Below, piece by piece: positions 25,816 to 40,832 of a stretch of DNA of 64,000 nucleotides (the first letter of the stretch is position 1; every line of letters starts with the position of its first letter). The DNA is taken from positions 42,346,001 to 42,410,000 of the forward strand of contig OX597826.1 of the NCBI GenBank assembly GCA_951406725.2, in the 5' to 3' direction. This DNA is from Octopus vulgaris. Taxonomy: Eukaryota. The notes below the pieces were generated by a model. It was not told the DNA's origin. It ran no database searches and saw only the letters and a program-made list of their open reading frames with translations. Both the position numbers and the translations under genes were made by a program.

Positions 25816-25964
25816 CTTCATACAAGTATATTTTAACGTGTTAAATTATGTATAAAAACTATTTAACATTGAATAAAGGATTATTCAATACTTTTAATAG
25901 AATATATCTTTATCAAATTTTTACAAGAATATATATATGTAATATATGATATATAACATAGATT

Positions 25965-26560
25965 CCTTTCCCGTAGTATAGACAGATACCATTGAGCGAA
26001 CACAAACACTTAGAGTGATGTGCGAGTAGTCTCCAACCAAACTTCAGAGTTTTCCCTATCTACCAGTGCGAGGAAACAATCTCCATACAAGAACTATTAA
26101 ATGAAGTAAATATATTTATTGAAAAATACCAACCGCGCCTGAATGTGAACGCATAACCAACTTTGGATTCGTAAATATTTTTATTCATGGACACATAACT
26201 TTGTTCATATTTCATTTCGCAACTTTAACTCATGAATTTATAACTCCGAAAAAAGTGTACGCTACAAAAAATTGTACTCGCTCCCAAAAACGTGCATTTA
26301 CCACCCCTATCTCGAATAATAACAATCACCAATTACCACCACTTACATTTTTCTACATGCTGGTTCATTTACAAACAAACTCTCATAATACAACATAGAC
26401 TTAAGATAATACAAAATTGCAATATTTTCACCAGTTTGAATGTCATGATTAGCGAAACGCGAAACCGGTAAACTATCATAATATTCTATTCTATATATAA
26501 ATTGTGTGTATTTTTCTTCTTTTGTTATATATGTTTTTCTCTACTACTCACCACGTGGGG
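25965..26560 (+). mobile_element. Penelope-like 3' relic (GIY-YIG C-terminus plus terminal repeat)
   Basis: RQIPLSEH ... PNFRVFPIYQCEETISIQELLNEVNIFIEKYQPRLN aligns with the 17717-17992 peptide (PNFQIFPFYQC..FINKFLPQLN). Confidence 0.7.
26442..26473 (+). ncRNA. hammerhead-like motif, A3:U8 variant (weak stem I)
   Basis: GTC-ATGATTA-GCG aaa CGC-GAAAC CG GTA-AAC. It has the palindrome ACCGGT and a GUA triplet, and sits downstream of a PLE ORF end. Confidence 0.45.
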
Positions 26561-27833
26561 GAAATCGTTTAAACGAAATTCATTTATGTGTGTGTGTGGG
26601 GGGGTTCATACATACAAATACAATATGTATGTATGTGAATATAATTTGCTTGTGCTTTCATATATTCGTTTATTCCATGCAGTTATATATTTAATTCTGC
26701 ATTACTTGTATGGAACAGAACAATTTGTAACAAATGACTAGCTTCGATGTCCAAACATATTTCCTTATATTGATTTTCCTGCTAATTCTTTCGCTATCTA
26801 TGCCCAACTGGCTGTCCTAAATAATTTATATCATATATAAACGTTTTTAGTAGTTTTGTAAAAAATATCTTACTAAGAATAATTATGAAGTACATGCGAT
26901 GTTCGTTGACTGGGACATCAGTAAATCGGGACGTTTGAATTCCATAAATAGCGCCTTGGGCTGGCAGCTAGAGATACTGAATGATTAAGTAAGTAGCATA
27001 CAGCGTGCATTGTGAAGGCAAGAAAATTGTATAAGTCCCATTTATTTGTGCGGAAAGAAGTCGTAAAACGGCATGCGGTTATACTTCTCCAGTGTATCTA
27101 TTTAAGCATTATAGAAACGGTTAAGAACTTACATAAAGTATATTCTATCATACTCTTCCCTTATCCGTAAAATTCATCGTCCTCTGTGCTTCGTGATATT
27201 GATATAGACTTAAACACATGTGTGCGTGCATGGGTGTGTGTATGTGTGTGTGCGCATGTGTGTGTGTATGTCTGCGTACAGGTAAGCATATATGTGCAAA
27301 CAATGTCGAAAAAATAGTATTCGAATATCAAACGTAGAGTAATACAGATTATATTAATACAACTGTATGATAGACGGTCACAGGAAACTCTGAGTAACAG
27401 TTTGTAAAACTTTTAGGGCTTCAATAAAATAGTATATATATATTCATGTATGTGTGTTTGTGAGTGTGTGTTCGCGCGCACATGTATGAATGTATGTATA
27501 TGTTAGTGTGTGTGTATACGTGTATATATGTATATATATCAACAATAATAATAAGGATTATTACGAAGTTGCATAGCATTGCCTTTAATTCTTTTTATAT
27601 ATACAGCTTTACATAGACCTACATATGTTTCAACTGCACCGATTAGTAACCGTTACAATTGCAACCCTACTATAATACTGGTGCAGTTTCTTCTAAATTT
27701 TCATCTTATGGGAATATTATTAGATTTATATATTAACCTATTTTAAATACCTAAGTGAGGGCAAAACAGTAAACGTTTGGAATAACCCCTTAGTGTTTAC
27801 AGATATATGTATATGTGTATATATGTATGTATG

Positions 27834-27889
<56 letters not shown>

Positions 27890-28754
27890 AAAAATGTAAT
27901 ATATATATATATCCCAAAAATATAACAAGAACGCAACAGACAATAAAACATCCGGACAGGAAAAAACAAGAACGGGTCATTCGCAGACTTCACTCATCAG
28001 TCAAGTTTCCAAATCATCCTTACAGTTTCGGCCAGTTACACTTGAGACTGTTCGAAACTTTGACTGGCCCAAAAAATCTAAGCTAAGAGGAATATAATGG
28101 ACAAAAGACTACGGTCACACACTGATAACACTTCATGACACCAAAGTTTAGCCGGTGGCTGTGAAAGGCCTCCTCTGGCCATTTAGAATGCATTCTATTG
28201 AATGATCGAATTAACTATCTACATATTCTTTCAATAAAAGTGCATTTCTTCTGCCTCGAAAATCTATAAACTAATATACATAGTCTGTCAAATCTGTCAA
28301 ATCTGGAGTAATCTTCCATACAATAAAAACAGTCTGTTCTAAGTTTTTAATCTTCAATTTCAATATGTTGACATGAAATTTATTAAAAGTTAATCTTTTG
28401 ATTATAAATATCAAACACTCTATATGCTATTTAACTGATATCATTTTAACGCACAAACAGGTTTTCTTCGTTGATAATTTTTATTGAAACTGTGGAAGCG
28501 CAGCTGAACAAGCTATGATAAATCGCTAATTATATTCTAAGGTGGCGTCAAATTAAAATGATTTCCAACTTCTATCAACATTCAGCTTACTTTGATGGAA
28601 TTCACACAAAAAAACTAAATTTGTAAATGCATAAATAAAAGGGGAACACAAATGCATTAATGATCACATAGTTTCTTTCGTTTCCAATGTTTCTGAGATT
28701 TAATTATGCTTACTGTTCGTTTTTCGACATCAGTGGCAGACGCCATTAGAAAAA

Positions 28755-28805
<51 letters not shown>

Positions 28806-28899
28806 GTGTATTATATATGTAACTTATTCATTTACGATTGTATATTCAAACTCTGAATTGCGTATTCAAATGACACTCCCAACAGCCTCGTGTATGTGC

Positions 28900-28934
<35 letters not shown>

Positions 28935-30434
28935 GAGGGTGTGCGCACGCGCCTACCTTCGTATGTGAAAATAAGTGCTTTAATGGTGTGTCTGAAGCAA
29001 ATACAGCAATAAATAATAGCTTGTAATATCCTGAGTTAAAATCCCCCTTGGAAGGCTAAAGAGCCATTGACTACCTGCGGGACTCGAAACATACATTGCT
29101 GAAAGCAGAACAAAAATTCTTTTGGTTCTATTTGTAAACATATTTGCCAATGTTATAGCTGTACAATTCGATTCCCACAGGTAGCCTCCTGTCATTTTTT
29201 TCATCCACGAGGTTTTTACCCAGCATATTATAGGCTAATATTTACTGTGTTCATTCCGAGATACACCGTGAAATTATCTATTTACATATTTCTTAATGCT
29301 TCTAAATTCAGATGTAACCACTTACCCTAATTCCCCACAACACTTTGTGGTGTTATGCAGTATAGATACATAAGTGGGTATATACATACCTACTCACATA
29401 TATTAATATGTGTGTGTGTGTGAGTCTATGTATGGGTATATATACACGCACACTCATATATAAGTAGACGCACACTTATGTACTCAATCTTATGTGTAAA
29501 ACCATTAGCTATAAATATACATGTATGTAAACGTATGTATGTGTGTGTATTTGTGTGTATATGTGCACGTGTGCGTGCCAATATCAAGGAATGCATAGGT
29601 ATGTGTATGTCAATGTCAAACGATTATCTTGATATATCTGTCTTTGTAAACCAATACAAAATCCTTTCTATCGATATCCCATATTTAAATACTGCTAGTT
29701 TATATATATCCCTCTCCACTAACCCACCGCTACACACTCACGCCAGTAATACTATGTGTATATATATATATACATACATACATATATGCCTGTGGAACGT
29801 ATTCACACGACTCTGAGTGTTTTAATGCAACTCTAATATCTCTTCACTTTGTGAATTGTTACAAAACCCAATGATAGTACAATAAGGCCGATCGTTGCAA
29901 GCAGTTTCGTGAGTAAACACATTCATTAAATTCCTTTCAAAGCGGAGTTATAACTGAGGTGACATCAGGGGAATATTGTCACTATGGTACAAACGTTTTA
30001 ACACGTTAATGTCTTCGAAAAATTATCTATTTCGTATAACTGGGTGTCATATTGATTTTCAAACTGAGTGGTCTCTGGTTTGTTAATGTGCATTAGAATA
30101 TTGGTCATGTGGTTTAGTGGGGGGTCGGGGGTGTTATCAATTAACGGAATCGCTGTGTTGAGTTATATATATTCAAGACACTGTTAATTAGTTTGACAGA
30201 TGCATTCATAAGTACGTCGTTAGATTTATATGTACTCGTAATTGGTCGTATGTATTCATGATTAAACATTGATTTATATGCATGTTACGTGCGTGTCTGT
30301 GCATTAATTCGTGTGTGAGCGTCTATTTTTAAATACATATTTTTCTGCATTTTTATGTGTCTATATGCATATATATATAAAAATATATATATATGTATGT
30401 ATGTATGTATTTATGTATATATATACAAAAATTC

Positions 30435-30567
30435 ATACATACATACATACATACATACATACATGCATGCATTCATGCATACATACATACATACATACAT
30501 ACATACATACATGCATACATACATACATACATACATACATACATACATACATACATACATACATACA

Positions 30568-30596
<29 letters not shown>
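30435..30596. repeat. (CATA)n microsatellite
   Basis: Directly visible. Confidence 0.95.
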
Positions 30597-30598
<2 letters not shown>

Positions 30599-31870
30599 GC
30601 TTACATACAAACATATGCAAGGGCTTTTCAGTTTTGGCCCGATCTCTTTCACACGACATTCTGTAATTCTTTTATTCATCGAAAGAGAACTGCGGTCATA
30701 TATGTGTTTGTAGGTGTGTATATGTATGTGTGTGTGTGTGAATACATACATTTGTGTGTGTGTGTGTGTGTGAAACTGCATATTACATAAATGAACTGGA
30801 TACATGTAGAAATATATATGCATGTGTGTGTGTGTGTATGTGTGTGAGTGTGTGCGTGCTGTATAGGTATGCTCGTGCGCACATATGTAATGATTATCTA
30901 AACCATTGCATTATTTTGCATTATTACTCTAGCCACAGGTTAGTATTCCAGTATAATTTATCCACTTATGATCACAATTTTCCGCTTGGATATCTATCAG
31001 AATTGTTTGAATAGTCCAAGGACATTTCCACACATGCACTAAGCACATATACACGCACTTACTGAACATCCACAGAGATTGAAAATATATGGACCTTCTT
31101 TCGGTTCGAAGTTGAATACACCAGTTCTTTGTGTATACCTATGCATTTAACTATTGCGGAAGTGGTTGAGTATTCCTGAGTCTACAGTACCCAGACTCTC
31201 GCACAGTGTACCAATCCTATGCTAAAATGCTTAAATCATAACCATATGTTTTGTCTGAGGAATATATGAAGCATAATGTGGCAGGATAAAATTCGTAATA
31301 CAGAGGTTCTTAGATATACTGATGCTACATGTTTCTTTGCGAAAATCAAGCAAATCCAGTTATGCTAAAATGAATATGTGGTTAGAACACCTGATTGCAG
31401 ACTGCTAAAATCAATCTTCTATTCTGAACTAGCAAATGCAAGGCGAAATTACGGTGCGCCTCATAAACGATTCGAAGATGCACTGAAAACCACCTTGAAG
31501 GTCTTAAAGATAACCAAAATCCATAAAAGGAGGTAAGCACCAGTGTTTCAAATGCGTGTGAATCATTTATGAATCCCTGTACCAGAGGCCAAAAGAAAAT
31601 CTCGCAAATTACACTATAAAAACCAAGGTGTGAGATGCTTTGGTACAACCGTTTTGGCGCTGTGCATTTAATACTACTGATTCGATGCTGACTTATTTGA
31701 CACTAAACATTTTATTGCTTCTCTCGTTCTCTCTCTACCTACTTACGTACCTCTGTCCTTTCCTCCCTCTTTTTATATGAGTGAGTATATCCTGTATGAA
31801 GGGAGACAATGAAGTGATGTCAATTACGTTCAATGAATAAAATGTACTTTTCTTGCCCCTTCTGTCTCTG

Positions 31871-31938
<68 letters not shown>

Positions 31939-32388
31939 AATCTTTCTCTCCCTCATTCTTTCGCGTGTGCACATGTGTGTGTGTTTGTGTGTGCGTATAT
32001 GCCTATATATGTCTGTGCGTGCGTGCGTGCGTGCGTGCATGGGGCGAGTTTGTGTATTTGCCTTCAGTGCCAAAATGTAGTCTTTAAAACAGGCTGAATA
32101 TCCAGACAGCCGTTGTAAATTAGCATGCAGTCAACTGCGCCCATTCATTTCATTCTGTCAAAACAATGACATGAGTAAACATCACTGCCCATTCTGAGAC
32201 AAATATTTCTCTATCAGAGATTTTCTCGCTTACAGTAGAGTACATAAATGAGCAATACACTTCTGTTTTCTTCCTTCTTTTCCACATAAGTTATTTATCT
32301 ATAAAATTTTATTTTATTTTATTATGTTTATTTACTTTTTCTGCAGCTGGTATATCATTATCACATAACATGACGGACGATCTATCAT

Positions 32389-32464
<76 letters not shown>

Positions 32465-32559
32465 TTAAATATGTTGTAATACTTACAACATTTAATAAAA
32501 TGATGTAGTACGAAACGATCGTACTAAATTACCGGAGTCATTCTTGTTGCTTATTTTGA

Positions 32560-32595
<36 letters not shown>

Positions 32596-32605
32596 TTGTG
32601 TATAG

Positions 32606-32694
<89 letters not shown>

Positions 32695-33222
32695 TAGATA
32701 TATATATAGATATATAGATAAATAGAGAGATATTTCCATCTATCTATTTATCTATTTTCTATCTATATTTATGTGTGTGTATGCCTGCGCGCGTGTGTGT
32801 GTGTTTGTGTGTATGTGTGTGTGTGTGAGCACTCGCGCCTATGAGTAAATACGAGGTAGCAAGTACTTACGTATTTGTATTTGTTTCCTTATATGTCTTA
32901 TTTGATCACACACGCTCGGTAGTTTTCTATTCTTTACTGGTATCTACTAAAGAGGCAGTCGAGGTGGATAGAAAACCTGGTAACTTACGGTTTTTAGTTC
33001 TTTCCTCATCATATTTTTACATGTCTTTATCGTTTTTACCCTACTCCTCTTTTTGTTGTGACAGATGTAAAATGAGGAGAAAATAAGAAAAGAAAAGCAC
33101 GGAACAACAAAAGAGAGTGAATGTGGTTGTGTTACATCTTTCAGGATGAAAAGCCGATGGGTGATAAAGAGAATCGATGAAACAGAAAGTGGGAAAGATA
33201 GCGTGTAAGAAATAAGAAAAGA

Positions 33223-33349
33223 GAAAAAGTCAGTGTTTCAGAATAAAGAAAGGAGAAAAGGCCTCAATTTCCTGTCAACGAACAAAGGATAGTTTGACAG
33301 GAAATTGATGCCTTTTCTCTTTTCTTAATTCTGACACACCATCTTTTTC
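33223..33349. repeat. short foldback (about 55-bp arms)
   Basis: GAGAAAAGGCCTCAATTTCCTGTCAA pairs with TTGACAGGAAATTGATGCCTTTTCTC. Confidence 0.8.
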
Positions 33350-33879
33350 ACTTTATCTTTGAGTTACAAATCACAATAAAGGCCTAACAGCATCGAAGAT
33401 TGAGATCTACCTAATGAGCAATGAATGCTTGTCTCATGGCTGACAGTATGCTGCTATAGGAAGTAGATAAACTGTACATGGACAAGTTCTGCATAGATGT
33501 GCATTAGATTAGAATAATAATTAATTTTATTCTGATGTACTATTTTAATATAATAACAATACTGACATTCAAAGAAAAATAAATAGTAATCACAAAAAAT
33601 GTCGCACAGACATATATGTATGTGCTAACACACATACACCGTCGGTCTTGTGCACGGGGTGGTTGTGCAAGGAGTCCTAGTTTTTTCGGAGTTTTACACA
33701 AACCAAGCCTAAAATCATGCAACAGATTGAATTCGGGCAAAAGCACCCAAAACTCAGTTTGTGGTGTTAAACCGGGCAACGGAATTAAGTTCATCACCCA
33801 TGTAGGAGGAATTTGAAGTCTGATTACAAAAGCCAAAATATATACAGGGAAAGCTTCCCATCCGACTCTCTAACGATTC

Positions 33880-34030
33880 CGTAAGATCACTGCCGTAGAC
33901 TGGTACTTTATTTACTGATCCCTGAAAGATGAAAGATAGAGTCGATCTTGGTTGGGTATGAACTCAGAACCGCTCGGAGCTGAATAAATATATTTCGTCA
34001 GACACTCTTATATCTCCGCTATTTCGCCAC
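33880..34030 (-). mobile_element. SINE group A, highly diverged
   Basis: CTGGTACTTTATTT..GAAAGATGAAAG..AGTCGA..GAACTCAGAAC. Confidence 0.6.
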
Positions 34031-34149
34031 AAGTGAATATGTTTGAGAAACAAGCAGCTGTAGACATATATTGCCACGTTACAAACGTGCTCAGAGTCTT
34101 CAGTATTTTTCTCTGTTTGAGGCAGGATAGAAAATTTTCTTAGGGATCG

Positions 34150-34560
34150 TCTTTCTATATCGGATGGAAAAGAAGCTTTTCTATTGAAGAACAACTTACG
34201 TCGTTTACTTCATTATATATATGGCATTTTTGGTGTGAACAGATATCGTCGTTTTTCTTGATTCCTCGCATCAGTTTGTGTTGTCTGCACAGTGTGACTG
34301 TATATAATATCATAACGAACAAAAAGACTGCCAGAACTGTACCTTGTAGTACTCCACTTATTAGCATAGTACTTTTGGACAGGGCTCCATTAGCCGTCAC
34401 CATTTGACTTCAGCCTTTCAGGAAGCCAGAGGGTTAGTTGTTCTACCTACTTGTTATCATAACGTTCGTCATCTTGTGACGGAATATTCAATGGTCAACA
34501 TTGTCAAAATCTTTGACTAAATCAAGAGAGACACGGCCAACGCTTGATTTATAGTTTGGT
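34150..34560 (-). mobile_element. CR1/L2-like LINE reverse transcriptase relic
   Basis: LDLVKDFDNVDH ... QMVTANGALSKSTMLISGVLQGTVLAVFLF resembles DFSKAFDKVDH ... SGVPQGSVLGPLLF. It carries multiple stops. Confidence 0.75.
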
Positions 34561-35031
34561 TGTAGAGACATTGTCATTCAGTTTCTTTTGGATGTGTTGG
34601 ATGTTGTTAATAAATTTCTGTTAGCCTCTTTCATTTATTTCTTTACTATATAGGATTCTGTTGAGGACTTTTAAAGACTACTCAGTACTTTTCATGCAGC
34701 GAGTAATCTTTTTCCGGTCTCGTTTAGAAACTGTAGCATTTGAATATATGTGTGTGTTTGTCTTTGTAACTCATTTATATTTTGTTCACTTACCCTGTAA
34801 TCTGCACTTCTGGAGGAAGTATTTGGAAAGTATCTTTATATAAAGTACATGTCTGAACAAAATAGAGCGGATTTATTCATTAAGTCGGATTGTGCCATCT
34901 GCATACACATCATACAGGTGGAAAAATTCTATGTAGAGAGTTTGATACCTAATATTGTTTGAGTGTGCAAAAAAGTCAGTCCTAATAAGGTACCTCAATT
35001 TAAGTACCGAATTCAACTGAGTGTAAATTAC

Positions 35032-35080
<49 letters not shown>

Positions 35081-35082
<2 letters not shown>

Positions 35083-35411
35083 ACCCCCTTCGGTCATGAA
35101 TGACCATGGGATTGCACCTAGAAAGTTACCCTCCTAGACACAAGTCCGGGCAAGGTTGTTTATGGAAGACCAGCAGTCGCCCATGCATACCAGCCTCCCC
35201 TCTCCACGCCACCAGTGTTATCCAAGGGAAAGGCAAGGGCCGATACAGCTTGGCACCAGTGACGTCGCAACTCATATCTACAGCTGAGTGAACTGGAGCA
35301 ACGTGAAATAAAGTGCTTTGCTCAAGAACACAACACGCAGCCCGGTCCGGGATTCGAGCTCACAACCTCACGATCGTAAGCTCGACGCTCTAACCACTGA
35401 GCCATACACCT

Positions 35412-35414
<3 letters not shown>
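35081..35414 (-). mobile_element. SINE group C with second tail type; near-identical to 62100-62400
   Basis: The two copies even give near-identical spurious ORFs (MGLHLESYPPRHKSG...). Confidence 0.88.
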
Positions 35415-35460
<46 letters not shown>

Positions 35461-35602
35461 TAGTTATCGCCATACTAATATGGCATTCTTATATATGGCA
35501 TTCACTATATATATATATATATATATATATAAATATAAATAATAGTTATCGCCATACTAATATGGCATTCTTATAAAAATAAGAATAAAGCTGTCCGCTT
35601 AT

Positions 35603-35824
35603 TATGGAAAAAAAGTCAAGATGGAAAATGCAAAAATAATTTTATAAAAACATTTCAGCACCGGTTTCAGTCATTGAGAGTTTTTTCAGCTGTAAGTATG
35701 GAAAACAATTGGGAAAAATTAAAAGAATTTTTTTTTAAAGAATATTTGTATAGTGTTCAAATACAAGCATTTTCCTTGTTTCTACCTGTCTCTGTCTTTC
35801 TTGTTTACTCTTGTGGGTTCGAGG
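35603..35824 (-). mobile_element. PLE-type terminal repeat, paralog of 42750-42979 with degenerate hammerhead
   Basis: About 220 bp of homology. The core here is CTGAAAA and the triplet is GTG. Confidence 0.65.
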
Positions 35825-35947
35825 ACGTTGTGAATTCTTGGTAGGGAAGAAGAAGAAGAAGAAGAAGAAGAAGAAGAAGAAGAAGAAGAAGAATGTGGGA
35901 GTGCCTTGACTGTAGTATGTTGAATGGTCAGCTGCCCCGAATATAAT

Positions 35948-36017
<70 letters not shown>

Positions 36018-36257
36018 TATAGTTATTATATGTCGTGGAGAAAGTTCATACCATCAAGGAATGACGCTGTAGCATTTTATTATAGTTGAAAATTTATAAA
36101 TTGTCAAGAGTTTAGACAGACATTTACTTTTACAACACTCCTATCGTTTATAACTCATAAGATTGTTCCAAAAGTTAACTTTTGCGTTGAGAAACTTTGA
36201 GTAAAGAGTTTGTGAAGTTTTTCAGCTTCAATAAAACACTATACGTACGTATACATG

Positions 36258-36671
36258 TGTATTAGAGTTTGTGGTTAAGAATTTAGTATTGGTACAAAAT
36301 ATCATATTCATTCAAAAGTTTCCATTGTCATCAATTTTTTAAGAGAGACGTATTTTATTTAATACTCTTTAATATCAATATTATTTATACACACACATAC
36401 ACACAGGTAAGACTCCTTCACACACACACACACAGAGGCACACACACACACACACACAGAGGCACACGCACACACACACATACACATATAATATACGCAT
36501 GCTTGTATGTATGCTAGCATGTTTGTGTACGTGTGTCTGTATATACGTAACATAATTATTAAAAAGTAAGGAATAACATATCTCTCTTAAAAATTTAACG
36601 ATATTTGAAGCATTTGAATGAATATAATATTTTACACTAATACTCAGTTCTTAACTACAAATTCTAATACA
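36258..36671. repeat. inverted repeat (about 100-bp arms) enclosing (CA)n; MITE-like
   Basis: TGTATTAGAGTTTGTGGTTAAGAA pairs with TTCTTAACTACAAATTCTAATACA, and TTTTTAAGAGAGA pairs with TCTCTCTTAAAAA. Confidence 0.75.
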
Positions 36672-37024
36672 ACTAATCGTGACAAAACCGTTATTAAATA
36701 ACGGAAGAATTTTAAGTTTGCCAGAAAAGTATGTTTATATAATCCAAGTCTATGAGGTTTAATTAACAAGATTTTACATATCAAGTTTTCTTTCACAACT
36801 AAATAACCCCTCCAACATTCACAATTTTTACCACTTCTCTCGTCCATGTAGGCATTATCTATAAAATAACAGATATTTTTATTGCTTCACGGCCTCTCAC
36901 CGAATAGAAACATATGTACATTTCGAGCAGCCGACATTTTTCTTCACGTATGTATTAATGTATATATTTATCTATGGGTACCTCTGAATATCTCTACGTA
37001 TGAATGCATGTATGTATGGTTATG

Positions 37025-37069
<45 letters not shown>

Positions 37070-37190
37070 CTGTGTGATGTATAATATCATCTGAATAATA
37101 ACCTCATAGTGCGTATTTCAAAGTACTTATACAGTTATCAGCTACCATATGCCATCATAAAGCAGGATTACTCCTTTTATTGTATATATA

Positions 37191-38436
37191 CAGACATGAC
37201 AAAAGTAAATAGATAGCCTTGTAGTCATTAAAATGTATTCAAATCTGAAATTATACATTAAAATTATTTATCAATTATTATAATGTGAATATCTAATATT
37301 TAGTAGACACGCTCTTTGGATTTTTCAACGCAAGGATCCTATAAAGCATGCTACTGATCAGATGACGAATATTCTCTTGAGGAATTTCTTGCCAAGTTTC
37401 ATGCCATAATCTCAAAAGATCTGGCTTTGGGGATGCATTCCTGCTCTTTTTACGAAGTTTTCTGTCCATTATGTCCCAGAGGTGTTCAATAAGGTTCACG
37501 TCTGGTGACTGGCTTAGCCATGGAAGTTTTTTAATATCAATATTTTCCAACCAATCTTGTGTCTTTTTAGCCGTGTGACAAGAAGTCTTATCTTCCATAA
37601 AAAGTATTCTTTAATCATTTCACCATTGGAGAAGATTGGAGGAGTCCTTTCTGCAATATGGACATATATTTATCTAAGTTTATGTTTCCATCACATTTCA
37701 CTAGCTCTGATTTACCATTGCTGCAAATTCCTCCTCAGACCATCACAGAATGGCTGCCATGTTTCATTGTTGGCAGCAATCTTTTCTTGTCAAATTCTTG
37801 ATCACAGAATCTCCAGACCTACACTCGACCACTGTCAGAAAATACAGCAAATCTGGACTCATCAGAGAATATGATAGTGTCTCAAAATGCTAGCGGCGTC
37901 TCCATCATCTCACTGGCCCAATATTTTCTCCACTAATTATTGGCTGATTGGAGAAGTGACTTCCTTCTTGCTGCTCTGCCATAGTAGCCAAGTTTGTGGA
38001 GATATCTGACAGCTGTTCTGGGACCGACATTAACTTGTTCTGCTATGCCAGATGCCTTGCAATGAAGATTATCCTCTACACTTCACTTAACAAAGTAAAA
38101 GGTCGTCAGAGGGCCCTGGTCGACCTGGGCAAGGTGATGTGGACTGTTTCCCTTCTTTGTTGAATTGCACGATCACCCTGTTAACTGTAGAAAGCAGGAT
38201 CCCAAGGTTTTCTGCGATTTTACGCTAAGCCCAAACCTTCAGACTGACCCACAAAATGGCCTCTTTGAAATTTGGACAGTTTCAAGGCTTTTTATGTACG
38301 CAGCATGATTAAACATTCACTTACATAACCTGAAACATAAAAATGTCCATTAATAAAGATATATATAAATATTTTCAAGTTAAAATAAGCATAAAACAAT
38401 GTATTATGGGGTGTCTATTTACTTTTGTCATGTCTG
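37191..38436 (-). mobile_element. Tc1-family DNA transposon, full length but defective
   Basis: 23-bp TIR CAGACATGACAAAAGTAAATAGA at both ends, with TA on the left. Transposase fragment MEDKTSCHT...WLSQSPDVNLIEHLW (DD34E-type). Confidence 0.92.
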
Positions 38437-38727
38437 TGTACATGTGGCATTCTGTTACTATATGTAGAATTTATATTAATATTTATAGACAAAGATAAAA
38501 TAAACACGATGTAATCACAAATTGACAACAGCTGCTTTGTGCAATGGTAACAGCTATTAGTTGCTGAATATTCCATACAATACTATTACAGAAAATATTA
38601 TACAATATTATATAAATAGCTACTTTAATAAACAGGATCCAGTAACAGTATATTGAATTCTAACAACTCGTTATTAGTATCGTTTAGTAGCAACGGAGGG
38701 AAGAAAGCAAGATAGATAGATAGATAA

Positions 38728-38820
<93 letters not shown>

Positions 38821-38844
38821 GATTAGTTATTGTATATATATATT

Positions 38845-38877
<33 letters not shown>

Positions 38878-38886
38878 TTATATATG

Positions 38887-39173
38887 GCACTCCGTCGATT
38901 ACGACGGCGATGATTTCAGTTGATCCGATGAACGGAACAGCCTGCTCTTGTAATTAACGTGCAATAAGCTGGCTTAACATAGTTCTCAGGGAGATTAAGC
39001 GTGATACAGAATGTGACAAGGCTGGCCTTTTGAAACACAGGTACTACTCATTTTTGCCAGCTGAGTGGACTGCAACAACTTTCTTGCTCAAGGACACAAC
39101 GCTTCGCTGAGAATTGAACTCACGACCTCACGATCGCGAGCCGAATACGCTAGCCACTAAGCCACGCGCCTTC
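38887..39173 (-). mobile_element. SINE group C with third tail type
   Basis: Tail GCACTCCGTCG..ACGACG..GTTGATCCGA..AACGGAACAGCCTGCTC is shared with 47706. Head AGCCACTAAGCCACGCGCC. Confidence 0.8.
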
Positions 39174-39414
39174 ACTATATATATTGAGAATAACAAGGTA
39201 GTCAGAATATTGAATGATTATATATATTTTTATTTACATTTTTAATGCTTGCTTCCGTTATCGGATTTATCAAAAAAGAGAATGGTTTATAGTAAGTTTG
39301 CTTCGACCTTTTTAAATAAAATTGACACTGATAATGTTTTAGAAAGAGGGAGGGGAGACGGAGGAGAAAAGAGAGGAACAAATTAGAAAGGTAAGTGCAC
39401 ACACACACACACAT

Positions 39415-39496
<82 letters not shown>

Positions 39497-39497
<1 letters not shown>

Positions 39498-40551
39498 TGG
39501 AACTATATTTCATAAAGAAGTTCTCCCTGAAATGAAAGGGTTGATTTGGAAATATGTCGATAAGGAAAATTCAAGGAACGCAGATCATATTTATGATTTT
39601 TTAAAGAAATTCAGATCATGTTTATAACTGAGAAGCACTTTCGCCACACTTAAACTTTTTCAGATTTTCTTTCAACAGATGCCTTAGTTTAGCATCTGTA
39701 ATCAACGATTCTTGTATTTGAGGATTTCAATTGGTTAATTTCTTTACCTATAGGTTGTTTTATATTGATACGTAGTGCTTATGATTGTGTCTATCTGTAT
39801 ACTTGTAGACGCGCGGACACACACACACGTACATACACACACACAAACACACACACATTTCTATGTATGTGCGTGTGAGCGCATGTGAGTAAATAAAGAA
39901 AGGAGTCATCTAATCAATTTCATTAGCTTGCAATGAAGATAAAGAGAAAAGAAACTAGGAGTGCTTTAGGGGTTTACGGAAGAAGAGAAAAGCAAAAAGA
40001 AAAATATTTGAGAGGGAGGTGAGGTGAAAGAGACATGGCCTTTGTATCAGTACGGTCAAAGGTACTTTATTAGGATTCAATATGTTGTTTTCTCCTTTTT
40101 AGTGACCTTTTGGGTGGGGATGGAAAGGAATTTTTGTATTCAAGTGGTCGAGGATTTTAATTGGAAGACCAGGTGGGTTTTTTTTTTTCTTTTTCTCTTG
40201 TAAGGATTATAATTACATTTCAAGGTCTTGCTTCTTTTAATTTTTTTATATTCATTAATGCAAGGGGGAGAGTATCGTTGCATGAATGTGGTCAATTTTT
40301 TAATTAAAATTACAGATGTTGAAATCCTCAAATACTAGAATCGTTGATTACGGATGCTAAACTAAGGCATCTGTTGAAATAAAATCTGAAAAAAGTTTAA
40401 GAGTGGGAAAGTGCTTCTCAATTATAAACATGATCTGAATTTCTTAAAAAAATCATAAACATGATCTGCGTTCCTTGAATTTCCCTTATCGACATGTTTC
40501 CAAATCAACCCTTTTATTTCGGTGAGAACTTCTTTATGAAATATAGTTCCA

Positions 40552-40622
<71 letters not shown>

Positions 40623-40743
40623 GACAGGTATGGATGGATGGATTTCAATCATGCACTTTGGGTAAAAGTCTTCTGCTGAAACACCTGGACGACCAATGCT
40701 GCTTTGTAAATTAATTCGGAAGATGAAAACTGTGTGGAAGCCC

Positions 40744-40832
<89 letters not shown>

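Noticed and set aside
27965-28095. Minus-strand GGCCAGT/ACTGGCC-GAAAC-T-GTA and a nearby CTGATGA
   Set aside because: The core and stem II are not in a compatible order or pairing. At best this is a rearranged relic.
31323-31365. Minus-strand TGC-TTGAT-TTT cgc AAA-GAAAC AT GTA-GCA
   Set aside because: The core is two nucleotides short. It is a possible dead hammerhead but cannot be supported.
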